The notes under the pieces: generated by a model | What the model was told of the DNA's origin: nothing | The model's input: the letters and a program-made list of their open reading frames with translations, nothing else | Database searches by the model: none | Origin: a virus | Lineage: Duplodnaviria > Caudoviricetes | Reading direction: 5' to 3' (one strand) | Virus record (IMG/VR): IMGVR_UViG_3300044606_000259 | Span: 1-55,325 of that record | Length of the DNA stretch: 55,325 bases | Shown: in pieces, positions 18,426 to 27,189 of the stretch | Position numbering within the stretch: the stretch's first letter is position 1 | Layout: every line of letters starts with the position of its first letter | Translations under genes and position numbers: made by a program

Positions 18426-18764
18426 ATGAGCTACCAAGTAAAACAACTGCTCCTGCCCGATGGCAGTAGCCCTTACGCAGCGTGGTTTGCCACACTTGAT
18501 CCAATGGCTGCTGCCAAGGTCAGTGTGGCCGCTGCGCGGATGGAACAGGGCAATCTCTCCAACGTGGAGTGGTTCCGGGGCATTGGTGAGTACAAGATCG
18601 ATTGGGGGCCAGGCTACCGCATTTACCTGGCCAAAGACGGTCTGAAGATCATTGTCCTGCTCGGCGGTGGCAGCAAGAAGCGCCAGCAGAAAGATATCGA
18701 TGAGGCGGTCGCCCTGTGGGAAGACTACAAGCGCCGCAAGGCACAAACGAAAAAAGGAGCGTGA
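18426..18764 (+). CDS. RelE/HigB-like toxin (addiction module killer)
   Basis: [33 protein letters not shown]. Confidence 0.85.
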   Translation: MSYQVKQLLLPDGSSPYAAWFATLDPMAAAKVSVAAARMEQGNLSNVEWFRGIGEYKIDWGPGYRIYLAKDGLKIIVLLGGGSKKRQQKDIDEAVALWEDYKRRKAQTKKGA

Positions 18765-18767
18765 ACC

Positions 18768-19088
18768 ATGGCATTGACCCGTGATTTCAAAGAAACCGTG
18801 GCTGCCCGTGTGCAGAGCGATCCGGCTTTTGCTCAAGCATTGCTCGACGAGGCGATCACCCTGTTCATCGATGGCGAGCCCGATACCGCCAAACTGATCC
18901 TGCGTGATCTGGTGAACGCGACGGTCGGCTTCGAGTCGCTGGCCGAGGAAATTCACAAGCCGGCCAAGAGCCTTCATCGGATGCTGTCGGCTTCAGGCAA
19001 TCCAACCATGAGCAACATCTCGGCGATCTTTGCCGCCATCAAGCGTGCGCTGAAAGTGGAAGTCCACACCAGCGTGGTGATGGCATAA
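18768..19088 (+). CDS. cognate HTH antitoxin (addiction module antidote)
   Basis: DPAFAQALL..LRDLVNATVGF..SLHRMLSASGNPTM; follows the toxin. Confidence 0.8.
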   Translation: MALTRDFKETVAARVQSDPAFAQALLDEAITLFIDGEPDTAKLILRDLVNATVGFESLAEEIHKPAKSLHRMLSASGNPTMSNISAIFAAIKRALKVEVHTSVVMA

Positions 19089-19103
19089 GGTTGGAGACGT
19101 CTG

Positions 19104-19295
19104 GTGAATGCTGCGAGTGAGAAATGTAGGCGCGCGCCAGTTGGTTTATTGCCGGAAGATCGTTGCCGCTTTCTGCTCGACGAGACTCAGTGGGCAGAAT
19201 TCCAGCGGATGCTGAATCGATCTGTCGTCAACAAGCCACGACTGCGTCAGTTGCTGGCGCAGCCCTGTGTTCTGAACAGCGGACCAAAGCGATGA
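19104..19295 (+). CDS. short ORF resembling the C-terminal part of a DUF1778 (TacA/AtaR-type) antitoxin
   Basis: RFLLDETQWAEFQRMLNR..NKPRLRQLLAQP; lacks the N-terminal RHH; no GNAT toxin adjacent. Confidence 0.5.
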   Translation: MNAASEKCRRAPVGLLPEDRCRFLLDETQWAEFQRMLNRSVVNKPRLRQLLAQPCVLNSGPKR

Positions 19296-19654
19296 ACATG
19301 AAACCGCGCAGCGAGGCCTTGGGAGCCATTCACGAGACGATGGGCGCCTTGCATCAGATCGGCGCTGTGGATCGCGAAACGATGAACGACATCGAATCTG
19401 CTTGCCTGATTGATGCGATGCCGTCGCTGCTGAGTGAGCAGCAAGCAGCGGACTATCTGAACGTCTCGGTAGCGTTTGTTCGCCAGCAATTGCAAACCAG
19501 AGAGTTGGTTCTTGCCGATGAGCCAGGCGGTTGTTTTCTGAATCGCAACGACGTGGTGGCCTACAAGCAACGCGTGGATGTACAGCGTCGTCAGGCGCTG
19601 GACGAGCTCGCCGAACAAGCCCAGGAACTGGATATGGGCTACGGCTTGCGCTGA
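19292..19654 (+). CDS. chimeric antitoxin-like protein: HigA-type N-terminal helix plus excisionase-like HTH_17 domain
   Basis: SEALGAIHETMGALHQIGAVDRETM..ACL then LLSEQQAADYLNVS..DVVAYK..RRQALDELAEQAQELDMGY. Confidence 0.55.
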   Translation: MNMKPRSEALGAIHETMGALHQIGAVDRETMNDIESACLIDAMPSLLSEQQAADYLNVSVAFVRQQLQTRELVLADEPGGCFLNRNDVVAYKQRVDVQRRQALDELAEQAQELDMGYGLR

Positions 19655-19821
19655 TGTAAAAAATTTCAGCGGGTTTTCCAAAACCTGATTGAAACCCGTC
19701 CGGACACAAAGTACAGTATTCACGTACTGCTGATAGCTGCGCCCACCGGGGAGACCTTGGTGGGCGTTGTCGTTTCTGGGCTGGGCGCTCGCCCGTCTGC
19801 CCAGCCTTGGAGACTCCCCCC

Positions 19822-20025
19822 ATGAAACTTCTCATCACCCGCCCGGTGGTTATCACCGGCGCTGGCGGCGTGCGCTCGCTCGTCCCTGGCCTCACGGTCG
19901 AGGTCGATGCGGCCACTGCTGAACAGATCCTCGACCGTCAGGCAGGCATCCCAGCTGATCCTGCTACCCAGCCCGAGACTCCAGTCACCCCACGTCGCCG
20001 GAAATCCGCCGATGCTGAAACTTGA
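19822..20025 (+). CDS. small hypothetical phage protein
   Basis: SD GGAG; first ORF of the late region. Confidence 0.6.
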   Translation: MKLLITRPVVITGAGGVRSLVPGLTVEVDAATAEQILDRQAGIPADPATQPETPVTPRRRKSADAET

Positions 20026-20590
20026 TCTCACCGCCGATGTGGCCAAGGCCACCGAGCACCTGTCGGACCTGGCTCAGCAGCACGTTCCGAACGCCGCCGC
20101 CAAAGCCCTGACCCGCACGGCGTTCGACGCCCGTGATGCGGTGCGTGATAGCCTGCCCGAGCGCTTCAATCTGCGCCGGCCGTGGATCAGCCGAGGCATT
20201 GGTGTGACGCCGGCCAAGCCGCGCACGCTGATGGCTGAGGTCTGGTCGCGGGATCGCTTCATGGCGGCGCAGGAGAGCGGTGGCAGCCATCCCGATGCGC
20301 GACCCATTCCGGCCGGGCGGTTGCGCCAGATGGCACAGACCCGGGTGATCCCCAAGAGCCAGTGGCTCGATCAGCTCAAGAACAAGCCAACCGTCTTCTA
20401 CCGGGCGGGGATGCTGTTCGAGCGCCGTGATGAGCGACGCATCCTGGCGCTCTACCTGCTGCGGCCCAAGGCCCAGATCAAGGTGCAGCCGCGCTTGGGT
20501 ATGGCCGAGACAGTCCGGAGCGTGGCGCTGCGCGAGTACCAGCGGCAGATGGAACGGGCGCTGCGGGAAGAACTGGCCAAGGCCCAGTGA
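20012..20590 (+). CDS. hypothetical phage protein (possible tail completion/minor tail protein)
   Basis: AAAKALTRTA motif, basic protein, located upstream of the cos region. Confidence 0.5.
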   Translation: MLKLDLTADVAKATEHLSDLAQQHVPNAAAKALTRTAFDARDAVRDSLPERFNLRRPWISRGIGVTPAKPRTLMAEVWSRDRFMAAQESGGSHPDARPIPAGRLRQMAQTRVIPKSQWLDQLKNKPTVFYRAGMLFERRDERRILALYLLRPKAQIKVQPRLGMAETVRSVALREYQRQMERALREELAKAQ

Positions 20591-20619
20591 TGGTGGCTGA
20601 CGCATCTGACACATCTGAC

Positions 20620-20670
20620 GGGTCCTCCCGGGCGATCTAAAAAGCGGGGGACGCGCCAACCACCCGGCTT
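20620..20670 (+). other. candidate cos region (cosQ-like GGGTCCT and putative cosN)
   Basis: GGGTCCT at 20620-26 matches lambda cosQ; lies just upstream of the small terminase; GTTGCCA repeats follow. Confidence 0.55.
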
Positions 20671-20784
20671 GCCTAGCGCCAGCGACAAAAAGAGGTTGCC
20701 AGTTGCCACCCCTTTCCAGCCTGTTCCACGCCGAGGTGAACCACCCCTGACGATTGATTGACCCGCCCGGCCCGGAGGAATGCG

Positions 20785-21330
20785 ATGGGACTGTCCATCC
20801 GGGCCTATGCCCAACACCGTGGCGTGAGCCACACCGCTGTGGCCAAGGCCATCAAGGCCGGGCGCATCAGCAAAGAGCCAGACGGCAGCATTGATCCGGC
20901 CAAGGCCGACGCCCAGTGGGTGCGCAACACGCTGGCGTCGCAGAACCTGAACACCAGTGTCAGCAAACCAGCGCCCAAGGTGGCAACCCCACCTGTTTCC
21001 ACCCCGGTTGCCACGGGTTCCAGCCGCGAGCTGCCGCCGCCGTTGGAAACCGGCCGGATTTCTGCCCCCGACTACCAGACCAGCCGCGCCATCCGCGAAG
21101 CCTACGCCGCGCGCCTCGCCAAGCTCGAGTACGAGGAGCGAACGGCCAAGCTGATCAGCAGCGATGAGGTGGAGATGCGCACCTTCAACCTGGCGCGCCG
21201 CCTGCGCGACCGGATGCAGACCTTGCCACGCCGACTCGCAGCCGCCTTGGCCGCCGAGCAAGACCCGCGCGTGATCGAACAACGGCTGGACGATGAAATT
21301 CGCCAGGCCCTCGAGGAGCTCTCTCGATAG
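20785..21330 (+). CDS. terminase small subunit (Nu1-like)
   Basis: N-terminal HTH SIRAYAQHRGVSHTAVAKAIKAGRI; coiled coil ARLAKLEYEERTAKLI; position after cos. Confidence 0.7.
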   Translation: MGLSIRAYAQHRGVSHTAVAKAIKAGRISKEPDGSIDPAKADAQWVRNTLASQNLNTSVSKPAPKVATPPVSTPVATGSSRELPPPLETGRISAPDYQTSRAIREAYAARLAKLEYEERTAKLISSDEVEMRTFNLARRLRDRMQTLPRRLAAALAAEQDPRVIEQRLDDEIRQALEELSR

Positions 21331-21372
21331 GTCTGGTTGTGGATCGGATCAGCACACCTTTGAGAGAACCCT

Positions 21373-22656
21373 ATGCAAGACATCGAACTGCACCACTGGC
21401 CGGTGGACAAACTCATTCCCTACGGACGCAATCCGCGCAAGAACGACCACGTCATCGAGCAGATGGCCGGTGCCATCCAGGAATTTGGGTTTCGAATCCC
21501 GATCATCGCCAAGAGCACCGGTGAGGTGGTTGACGGGCACCTGAGGCTCAAGGCCGCGCTGCACCTGGGGCTGGAGACGGTACCGGTGGTGCTGGCCGAC
21601 GACCTGACGCCGATGCAGATCAAGGCGTTTCGCATCCTGGCCAACCGCTCGGCCACCTGGGCCGACTGGGATGAGGACCTGCTGCGCCTGGAACTGGAAG
21701 AACTGCAGCTCGATGACTTCGATCTGGCGCTCACGGGCTTTGATGACGATGAGATCGCTGAACTGCTGGCCGGCGAGGAGACCACGACCGAAGGCAATAC
21801 AGACGAAGATGCCGCGCCCGAGGTGCCAGTAGTCCCGGTGTCCAAGCCTGGTGACATCTGGCTCATGGGCAAGCACCGACTGCTGTGTGGTGACAGCACC
21901 GATGCTGCGAGCTTTGACCTGCTGATGGCTGGCGAGAAGGCTACGATGGTGTTCACCGATCCGCCCTACAACGTCGACTACGCCAACAGCGCCAAGGACA
22001 AAATGCGCGGCACCAACCGCCCGATCCTGAACGACAACCTGGGCGATGGTTTTCAGGACTTTTTGCTCAATGCCTTCAAGCCCACCCTGGCGCATTGCTC
22101 GGGTGCCATCTACGTGGCGATGTCCTCCAGTGAACTCGACACCCTGCAAGCAGCCTTCCGTGCTGCTGGCGGCAAATGGTCGACCTTTATTATCTGGGCC
22201 AAGAACACCTTTACGCTGGGTCGCTCCGACTACCAGCGTCAGTACGAACCGATCCTCTACGGTTGGCCCGAGGGCGCTACCCGCCACTGGTGCGGCGACC
22301 GCGACCAGGGCGATGTGTGGCCCTTCAACAAGCCGCGCGTCAATGACCTGCATCCGACGATGAAGCCCGTGGAGCTGGTCGAGCGGGCGATCCGCAATTC
22401 CAGCCGTCCTGGTGACATCGTGCTCGATCCCTTCGGTGGCTCGGGCACCACGCTGATCGCCGCCGAGAAGTCCGGCCGGCAGGCACGACTGATCGAACTC
22501 GACCCCAAGTACGTCGATGTGATCGTTCGCCGCTGGCAGGAGTACACCGGCGCACAGGCAGTGCGGGAAGCGGATGGGGTGCGATTCGATGATCTGGTTG
22601 GCGCAGCAGAGGCTGCCGATGTCAGCGACGAGCTGGATGCTGAGGAGGCTCTGTAA
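21373..22656 (+). CDS. ParB-like N-terminus fused to a beta-class N6/N4 DNA methyltransferase
   Basis: LIPYGRNPRKN..DGHLRL (ParB); FTDPPYN; HPTMKP; LDPFGGSGTT. Confidence 0.9.
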   Translation: MQDIELHHWPVDKLIPYGRNPRKNDHVIEQMAGAIQEFGFRIPIIAKSTGEVVDGHLRLKAALHLGLETVPVVLADDLTPMQIKAFRILANRSATWADWDEDLLRLELEELQLDDFDLALTGFDDDEIAELLAGEETTTEGNTDEDAAPEVPVVPVSKPGDIWLMGKHRLLCGDSTDAASFDLLMAGEKATMVFTDPPYNVDYANSAKDKMRGTNRPILNDNLGDGFQDFLLNAFKPTLAHCSGAIYVAMSSSELDTLQAAFRAAGGKWSTFIIWAKNTFTLGRSDYQRQYEPILYGWPEGATRHWCGDRDQGDVWPFNKPRVNDLHPTMKPVELVERAIRNSSRPGDIVLDPFGGSGTTLIAAEKSGRQARLIELDPKYVDVIVRRWQEYTGAQAVREADGVRFDDLVGAAEAADVSDELDAEEAL

Positions 22657-22849
22657 AGTAGTCCCGCGCCATCATCTCGATGACGGACTCGCCGGTGGGG
22701 CGGGTGGCCGTTCTGCCAGTGGGCAGGTAACGGCGTTCCTGGTGGGTGACGGCGGCAATCGTTCGACCGCGCCACTCCAGATTGATCAGGCAGGAGCCGC
22801 GTGGCCGCTGGTTGGCATCGAAGCGCAGGGCGCGCACCGTGCGGGTCAT
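22622..22849 (-). CDS. hypothetical protein
   Basis: Last ORF of the reverse-strand small-gene cassette. Confidence 0.5.
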   Translation of the reverse strand: MTRTVRALRFDANQRPRGSCLINLEWRGRTIAAVTHQERRYLPTGRTATRPTGESVIEMMARDYFTEPPQHPARR

Positions 22850-22852
22850 GGC

Positions 22853-23221
22853 TCAAGCCGCCAGGGATTCTTCGATGATCTCGCAGTGGATCACGAAGCC
22901 GGTGAGGTAAGGCAGGCCCTTGGGGATGCCGTACTCCTTGCTGGTGCTGCGGCCAATCGTCCAGCCCATCCAGCGCTGGGTGGCTTGCTCAATCGCATCG
23001 CTCAGGGTGGCGCCGGCAAAGAGGCCGTTTTGCACATCGTCGGCAAAGTGGCGGCCGTGGCGGCTGTCGAGGAAGGCGCGGACCGACTCGAGCGGCTGGC
23101 AGGTGGCATCCGAGATCGCGGTCATGGCCAGAGGCCAAGCGGCATCGGCTTGTTCGTTCATCGTGCCGTAAAAGCCCCAGGCGTCGTTCTGGGTGGCGGG
23201 GATCGGGCTGGTGGCGTTCAT
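22853..23221 (-). CDS. hypothetical protein
   Basis: SD AAGGAG; preceded by the repeated promoter-like motif. Confidence 0.7.
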   Translation of the reverse strand: MNATSPIPATQNDAWGFYGTMNEQADAAWPLAMTAISDATCQPLESVRAFLDSRHGRHFADDVQNGLFAGATLSDAIEQATQRWMGWTIGRSTSKEYGIPKGLPYLTGFVIHCEIIEESLAA

Positions 23222-23256
23222 TTTGAGCTCCTTGCAGGTGGTGTTTCGTTGGGTCT

Positions 23257-23287
23257 ATGAACGCTCTACCCGGATGGAATAGCAAGC
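23257..23287 (-). promoter_or_regulatory. repeated promoter-like motif, copy 1
   Basis: + strand ATGAACGCTCT-N15-CAAGC; same spacing as copies at 24588 and 25007. Confidence 0.6.
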
Positions 23288-23355
23288 AGAAGATCGACTG
23301 TTTTCTGATCAAGTTGGGGGTGTGCGACACCATCAACGATCCCTTTTCCTTCACC

Positions 23356-23715
23356 TCAGCCCAAGCGCGCCACATAGCGGGCGTAATCACTGCCCTCGGG
23401 ATTGATGTAGAGGTAGGGTCGACCAGGGGCCGTCACTTCCAAGCAAAGGTAGCCACCTTCCGCTCCACCCCCTTTGCCGGCCAGCCAATCCCGCGAGGCC
23501 ATCAGGCTGCGCGCAAAGACATCGAACTCGGCCGGGGTCATCATCCGGGTCTCGGTCACAAAGACCTTGATCTGGCCATGACCGCCGACCTCATCGAGAT
23601 CGACCGGCTTGCGGGCAAAGGGCAGGCGCACGCCCAATTCCTCCACGCTCACCGCCTGACCATTGATCGTCAGGGTGCGCGGGGTGCGCTCGATGGTGAG
23701 GGTCATGGTGCTCAT
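23356..23715 (-). CDS. hypothetical protein
   Basis: SD GAGGAGG; C-terminal INPEGSDYARY. Confidence 0.7.
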   Translation of the reverse strand: MSTMTLTIERTPRTLTINGQAVSVEELGVRLPFARKPVDLDEVGGHGQIKVFVTETRMMTPAEFDVFARSLMASRDWLAGKGGGAEGGYLCLEVTAPGRPYLYINPEGSDYARYVARLG

Positions 23716-24284
23716 ACGCTGACCTCCTCGGTGATGCGGTAGAGGCGCTGACCCGCACCCGGGGTGCCGGCAGGGCCTTCGATCTTCTCGGAGACGATGT
23801 TCAGGCCCAGCTTCTTCTTGAGTGCGCCGGCAAAGGTGCCGCGCACCGTGTGCGCCTGCCAGCCGGTCGCCTCGCAGATCTGCGCAATGGTCACGCCCTC
23901 GGGGCGCTTGAGCATTTCGATCACCAGCGCCTGCTTGCTGTGGCCGCGACCGGCAGGGGTGGGTTCGCTAGTTGGGCTGACCAAGGGCTCTGTCGTTGTG
24001 ATGGCCTTCGGTTCTTGCTCGATGGCGTCATCTGCTGCCAAGGGGATGGGCAACACCTCTTCGGGCTTGGCCTCGCCCTTGATGATGGCCATCGCCGTGC
24101 GCGTCAGGCGCCATTGGCCCTCGGCCTGTTCGATCAGGTTTCGGCTGGCAAGGCTGGCGATCATTTTCAGCTTGGCGCCGCCCTTGAGTTCGAGCAGTGG
24201 CTCGATCAAGCCATTGGCATCGCAGTGGGCGCGGGTGATCAGGTCAAGCTGGCGTTCGGTGATGGGGGCAATCTGGTTGCTCAT
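23712..24284 (-). CDS. DUF3489-domain protein
   Basis: SKQALVIEMLKRPEGVTIAQICEATGWQAHTVRG. Confidence 0.8.
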   Translation of the reverse strand: MSNQIAPITERQLDLITRAHCDANGLIEPLLELKGGAKLKMIASLASRNLIEQAEGQWRLTRTAMAIIKGEAKPEEVLPIPLAADDAIEQEPKAITTTEPLVSPTSEPTPAGRGHSKQALVIEMLKRPEGVTIAQICEATGWQAHTVRGTFAGALKKKLGLNIVSEKIEGPAGTPGAGQRLYRITEEVSV

Positions 24285-24313
24285 GGTGGTTTCTCCTTCG
24301 AGGGTGGGTGGAA

Positions 24314-24541
24314 TCAGGCGGACTGCTGGGCCGCTTTCTGACTGGCGGCCAGACCGGCCTGGTAGGCGGCGAGCAGCGCCTCCTTGACGCCCCAGACGCT
24401 GACATCGTGGAAGTCCATCGAGTCGCTGTTGCGCGTTTCCAGGGTGTCGATGAAGAGGTGCTCCTGGGCGATCCGGGTCAGCAGTGCATCCAGTGTCTGG
24501 GTGGGATTGCGGCGGGTTTTCTGGGTAGTGGTCTGGGTCAT
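24314..24541 (-). CDS. DUF6900-like small protein
   Basis: IAQEHLFIDTLETRNSDSMDFHDVSVWGVKEAL.AAY.AG. Confidence 0.7.
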   Translation of the reverse strand: MTQTTTQKTRRNPTQTLDALLTRIAQEHLFIDTLETRNSDSMDFHDVSVWGVKEALLAAYQAGLAASQKAAQQSA

Positions 24542-24587
24542 TTCAATCTCCGTTGGTGTGCTTGTTTGGCTGTGTGGGCGTGTCTGT

Positions 24588-24618
24588 ATGAACGCTCTGT
24601 TCGGCGCAGAAGCCAAGC
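24588..24618 (-). promoter_or_regulatory. repeated promoter-like motif, copy 2
   Basis: minus strand GCTTGGCTTCTGCGCCGAACAGAGCGTTCAT. Confidence 0.65.
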
Positions 24619-24969
24619 TCATTCCAGCGATTTCGCATCTATTTCTGCATCAACTTCTTCGCCGAGGGTTTCGGTGAGCGGGTCGGCCTCCGGGTCATCG
24701 CCGTCCTCTTCACCCAAGGCCTCGGCGATCTCCTGGATGGTGTCCTCCAGGGTCACCATCGAGCCGCCCAGGTAACCGTGATCACGCGAGAGCGCACAGA
24801 CGATGTGCGGTATCCAGTAAGCCTCGGCACGCTGCCGGGCGCCGTCGAATCCGGACTGCTTAAGCAGCCATTCGGCGCGTTGTACCGCATCGAGCAATTC
24901 GTTCTGGATATCGCGCAGCTCATCGATCAGCAGGGCCTGCTCCGGGCTGTTGGGGTGGTGGTGGCTCAT
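24619..24969 (-). CDS. hypothetical acidic protein
   Basis: SD AAGGAG; very acidic C-terminus. Confidence 0.65.
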   Translation of the reverse strand: MSHHHPNSPEQALLIDELRDIQNELLDAVQRAEWLLKQSGFDGARQRAEAYWIPHIVCALSRDHGYLGGSMVTLEDTIQEIAEALGEEDGDDPEADPLTETLGEEVDAEIDAKSLE

Positions 24970-25006
24970 GGCGGTGCTCCTTTCAAAAGCGTGTGTTGAT
25001 GGGTCC

Positions 25007-25037
25007 ATTCACGCTCTGTTTGCCCCAGAAGCCAAGC
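25007..25037 (-). promoter_or_regulatory. repeated promoter-like motif, copy 3
   Basis: minus strand GCTTGGCTTCTGGGGCAAACAGAGCGTGAAT. Confidence 0.65.
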
Positions 25038-25081
25038 GAGTTCTGCTTATTTTTTGAACAATTTTTCAGCGGGGGTGGCGA

Positions 25082-26941
25082 GTGCTGGACACTGTTGAAT
25101 CCCTCGTCGAATCGGCCTGGAAACGGGGCCTTGCACCCGACCCCATCCTCACCGTTGATGACTGGGCCAACCGCCACCGGATGCTCTCGTCGGTGGCCTC
25201 CGCTGAGCCCGGTCGCTGGTCGACCAGCCGCACGCCGTATCTCAAGGCGGTGATGGAAACGCTGTCGGCCACCTCGCGCGTGGAGCGCGTGGTACTGATG
25301 GCCGGGGCGCAGATTGGCAAAACAGAAGCAGGGTTGAACTGGCTGGGCTATGTGATCCACCACGCCCCGGGGCCGATGCTGCTGGTGCAGCCCACGGTCG
25401 AAGGCGCCAAGCGCGTCTCCAAACAACGAGTCGATGCGCTGATCGAAGCCAGCCCCGAACTGGCGAACCGGGTCAAAGACCCGAGAAGCCGGGATTCCGG
25501 CAACACCCAGCTGATGAAGGAATTCCCCGGTGGCGTGCTGATCATGACCGGCGCCAACTCCGCGGTGGGCTTGCGCTCGATGCCGGTGCGCTACCTGTTT
25601 CTCGACGAGGTCGATGGCTATCCGGGCGATGCCGATGGCGAAGGTGATCCGGTGGCGCTCGCGGTGCAGCGCGCGGCCACCTTCGTCAACCGCAAGGTGT
25701 ATCTGTGCTCAACGCCGACGCTGAAGGGTTTTTCACGCATCGAGGCAGCCTACCTGGAATCGGACCAGCGGGTGTTCGAGGTGCCCTGCGATCACTGTGG
25801 CGTGCACAGCCAAATCCTCTGGCGTGACATCAAGTGGCCGACCGGCAAGATGAGTGATGCCGCTTGGCACTGCCCGCAGTGTGAAGGAATTCATCCCGAG
25901 TACCGCAAACCTGCGCTGCTCGCCAACGGTCGGTGGACCGCCAAGGCCGAGGGTGACGGCAAGACAGTCGGGTTTCATCTGTCGAGCCTGTATTCGCCAT
26001 GGCTGACCTGGGGCGAGATCGCCCAGGAACATCACGCTGCCAAGGATGACCCGGTGCGCCTCAAGGTCTGGGTGAACACCAAACTGGCCGAGACCTGGGA
26101 AGACCGGGAGGGGGAGACCTTGGACGCTGAAGGCCTGATGGAACGCCGCGAAGCCTATGGGCCGGCCATCCCTGCCGAGGTGGCACTGCTGACCTGCGGC
26201 ATCGATGTGCAGGACGACCGGCTGGAGTTGGAAGTGGTCGGCTGGGGCCGGGATGAAGAGTCCTGGTCGGTGGACTACAAGGTGCTGTGGGGCGATCCCT
26301 CGGCGCCAGACACCTGGTCGCAGCTCGATGCTTACCTCGGTAACCGCTTCGAGCACGAAACCCTGGCCAACGGACTGACCATCGAAGCCGCGTCTCTGGA
26401 CACCGGCGGCCACCACACGCTGGCGGCCTATGCCTTTTGCAAGGGCCGGGAGCGCAAACGCATCTGGGCGATCAAGGGTGGCTCGGGCAAGCGCCCGATC
26501 TGGCCCAGGCGCCCGAGCAAGGCCAACAAGGGCAAGGTCAATCTCTTCACCGTTGGGGTGGATGCGGCCAAGGAGGCGATCTACGCCCGGCTGAAGAAGG
26601 AGGCCGGCGCGGGCGCGATGCATTTCCCGCTGGACCGCGATGCCCAGTATTTCGAGCAGCTCACCGCCGAGCGCATCCGCACCCGCTACGTGAAAGGGTT
26701 CCCGCAACGCTTCTGGTGGAAGCCGGACGGGCGGCGCAACGAAGCGCTGGACTGCCGGGTGTACGCCTACGCCGCGCTACACGGCCTGCTGTCGATGGGG
26801 CTGAACCTGAACAAGCGGGTCGAGGCGCTGCCGCCGATGCCGGCCAATCGCAAACCAGCCAGCAATGCCACCCCCGTGACGGCACCGATGACCGCCAGCC
26901 CGCGCCGTCGGCGCATGGCCATTTCTTCCAACTACCTCTGA
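25082..26941 (+). CDS. terminase large subunit (lambda GpA family)
   Basis: AGAQIGKTE Walker A, LFLDEVD Walker B, CSTPT, GIDVQDDRLE, RNEALDC. Confidence 0.95.
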   Translation: MLDTVESLVESAWKRGLAPDPILTVDDWANRHRMLSSVASAEPGRWSTSRTPYLKAVMETLSATSRVERVVLMAGAQIGKTEAGLNWLGYVIHHAPGPMLLVQPTVEGAKRVSKQRVDALIEASPELANRVKDPRSRDSGNTQLMKEFPGGVLIMTGANSAVGLRSMPVRYLFLDEVDGYPGDADGEGDPVALAVQRAATFVNRKVYLCSTPTLKGFSRIEAAYLESDQRVFEVPCDHCGVHSQILWRDIKWPTGKMSDAAWHCPQCEGIHPEYRKPALLANGRWTAKAEGDGKTVGFHLSSLYSPWLTWGEIAQEHHAAKDDPVRLKVWVNTKLAETWEDREGETLDAEGLMERREAYGPAIPAEVALLTCGIDVQDDRLELEVVGWGRDEESWSVDYKVLWGDPSAPDTWSQLDAYLGNRFEHETLANGLTIEAASLDTGGHHTLAAYAFCKGRERKRIWAIKGGSGKRPIWPRRPSKANKGKVNLFTVGVDAAKEAIYARLKKEAGAGAMHFPLDRDAQYFEQLTAERIRTRYVKGFPQRFWWKPDGRRNEALDCRVYAYAALHGLLSMGLNLNKRVEALPPMPANRKPASNATPVTAPMTASPRRRRMAISSNYL

Positions 26942-26976
26942 TACCGCCAGCCTCCCGCTGGCCGGGAGTGCTGTCC

Positions 26977-27189
26977 ATGACCCTTGAACAATTGAAGGCC
27001 CAGCGTGAGGCGCTGCAGGCCGCGCGCTTCAATGGCGTGCTCACGGTGAAGGCAGGCGACAAGTGGGTCACCTACAAGTCCGATACCGAACTGCAGTCGG
27101 CCCTCCATGACCTTGACCGCGAGATTGCTCAACAGGAAGGCCGCCCGCGTGCCCGTCGCATCCGTACTGTATGCGGGAAGGGGTTGTGA
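26977..27189 (+). CDS. head-tail joining protein (gpW-like)
   Basis: 70-aa ORF between terminase and portal; VTYKS..EL. Confidence 0.7.
   Translation: MTLEQLKAQREALQAARFNGVLTVKAGDKWVTYKSDTELQSALHDLDREIAQQEGRPRARRIRTVCGKGL

Noticed and set aside
19711-19730. LexA SOS box upstream of the late genes
   Set aside because: The dyad is CAGTA-N6-TACTG, the opposite orientation to CTGT-N8-ACAG.
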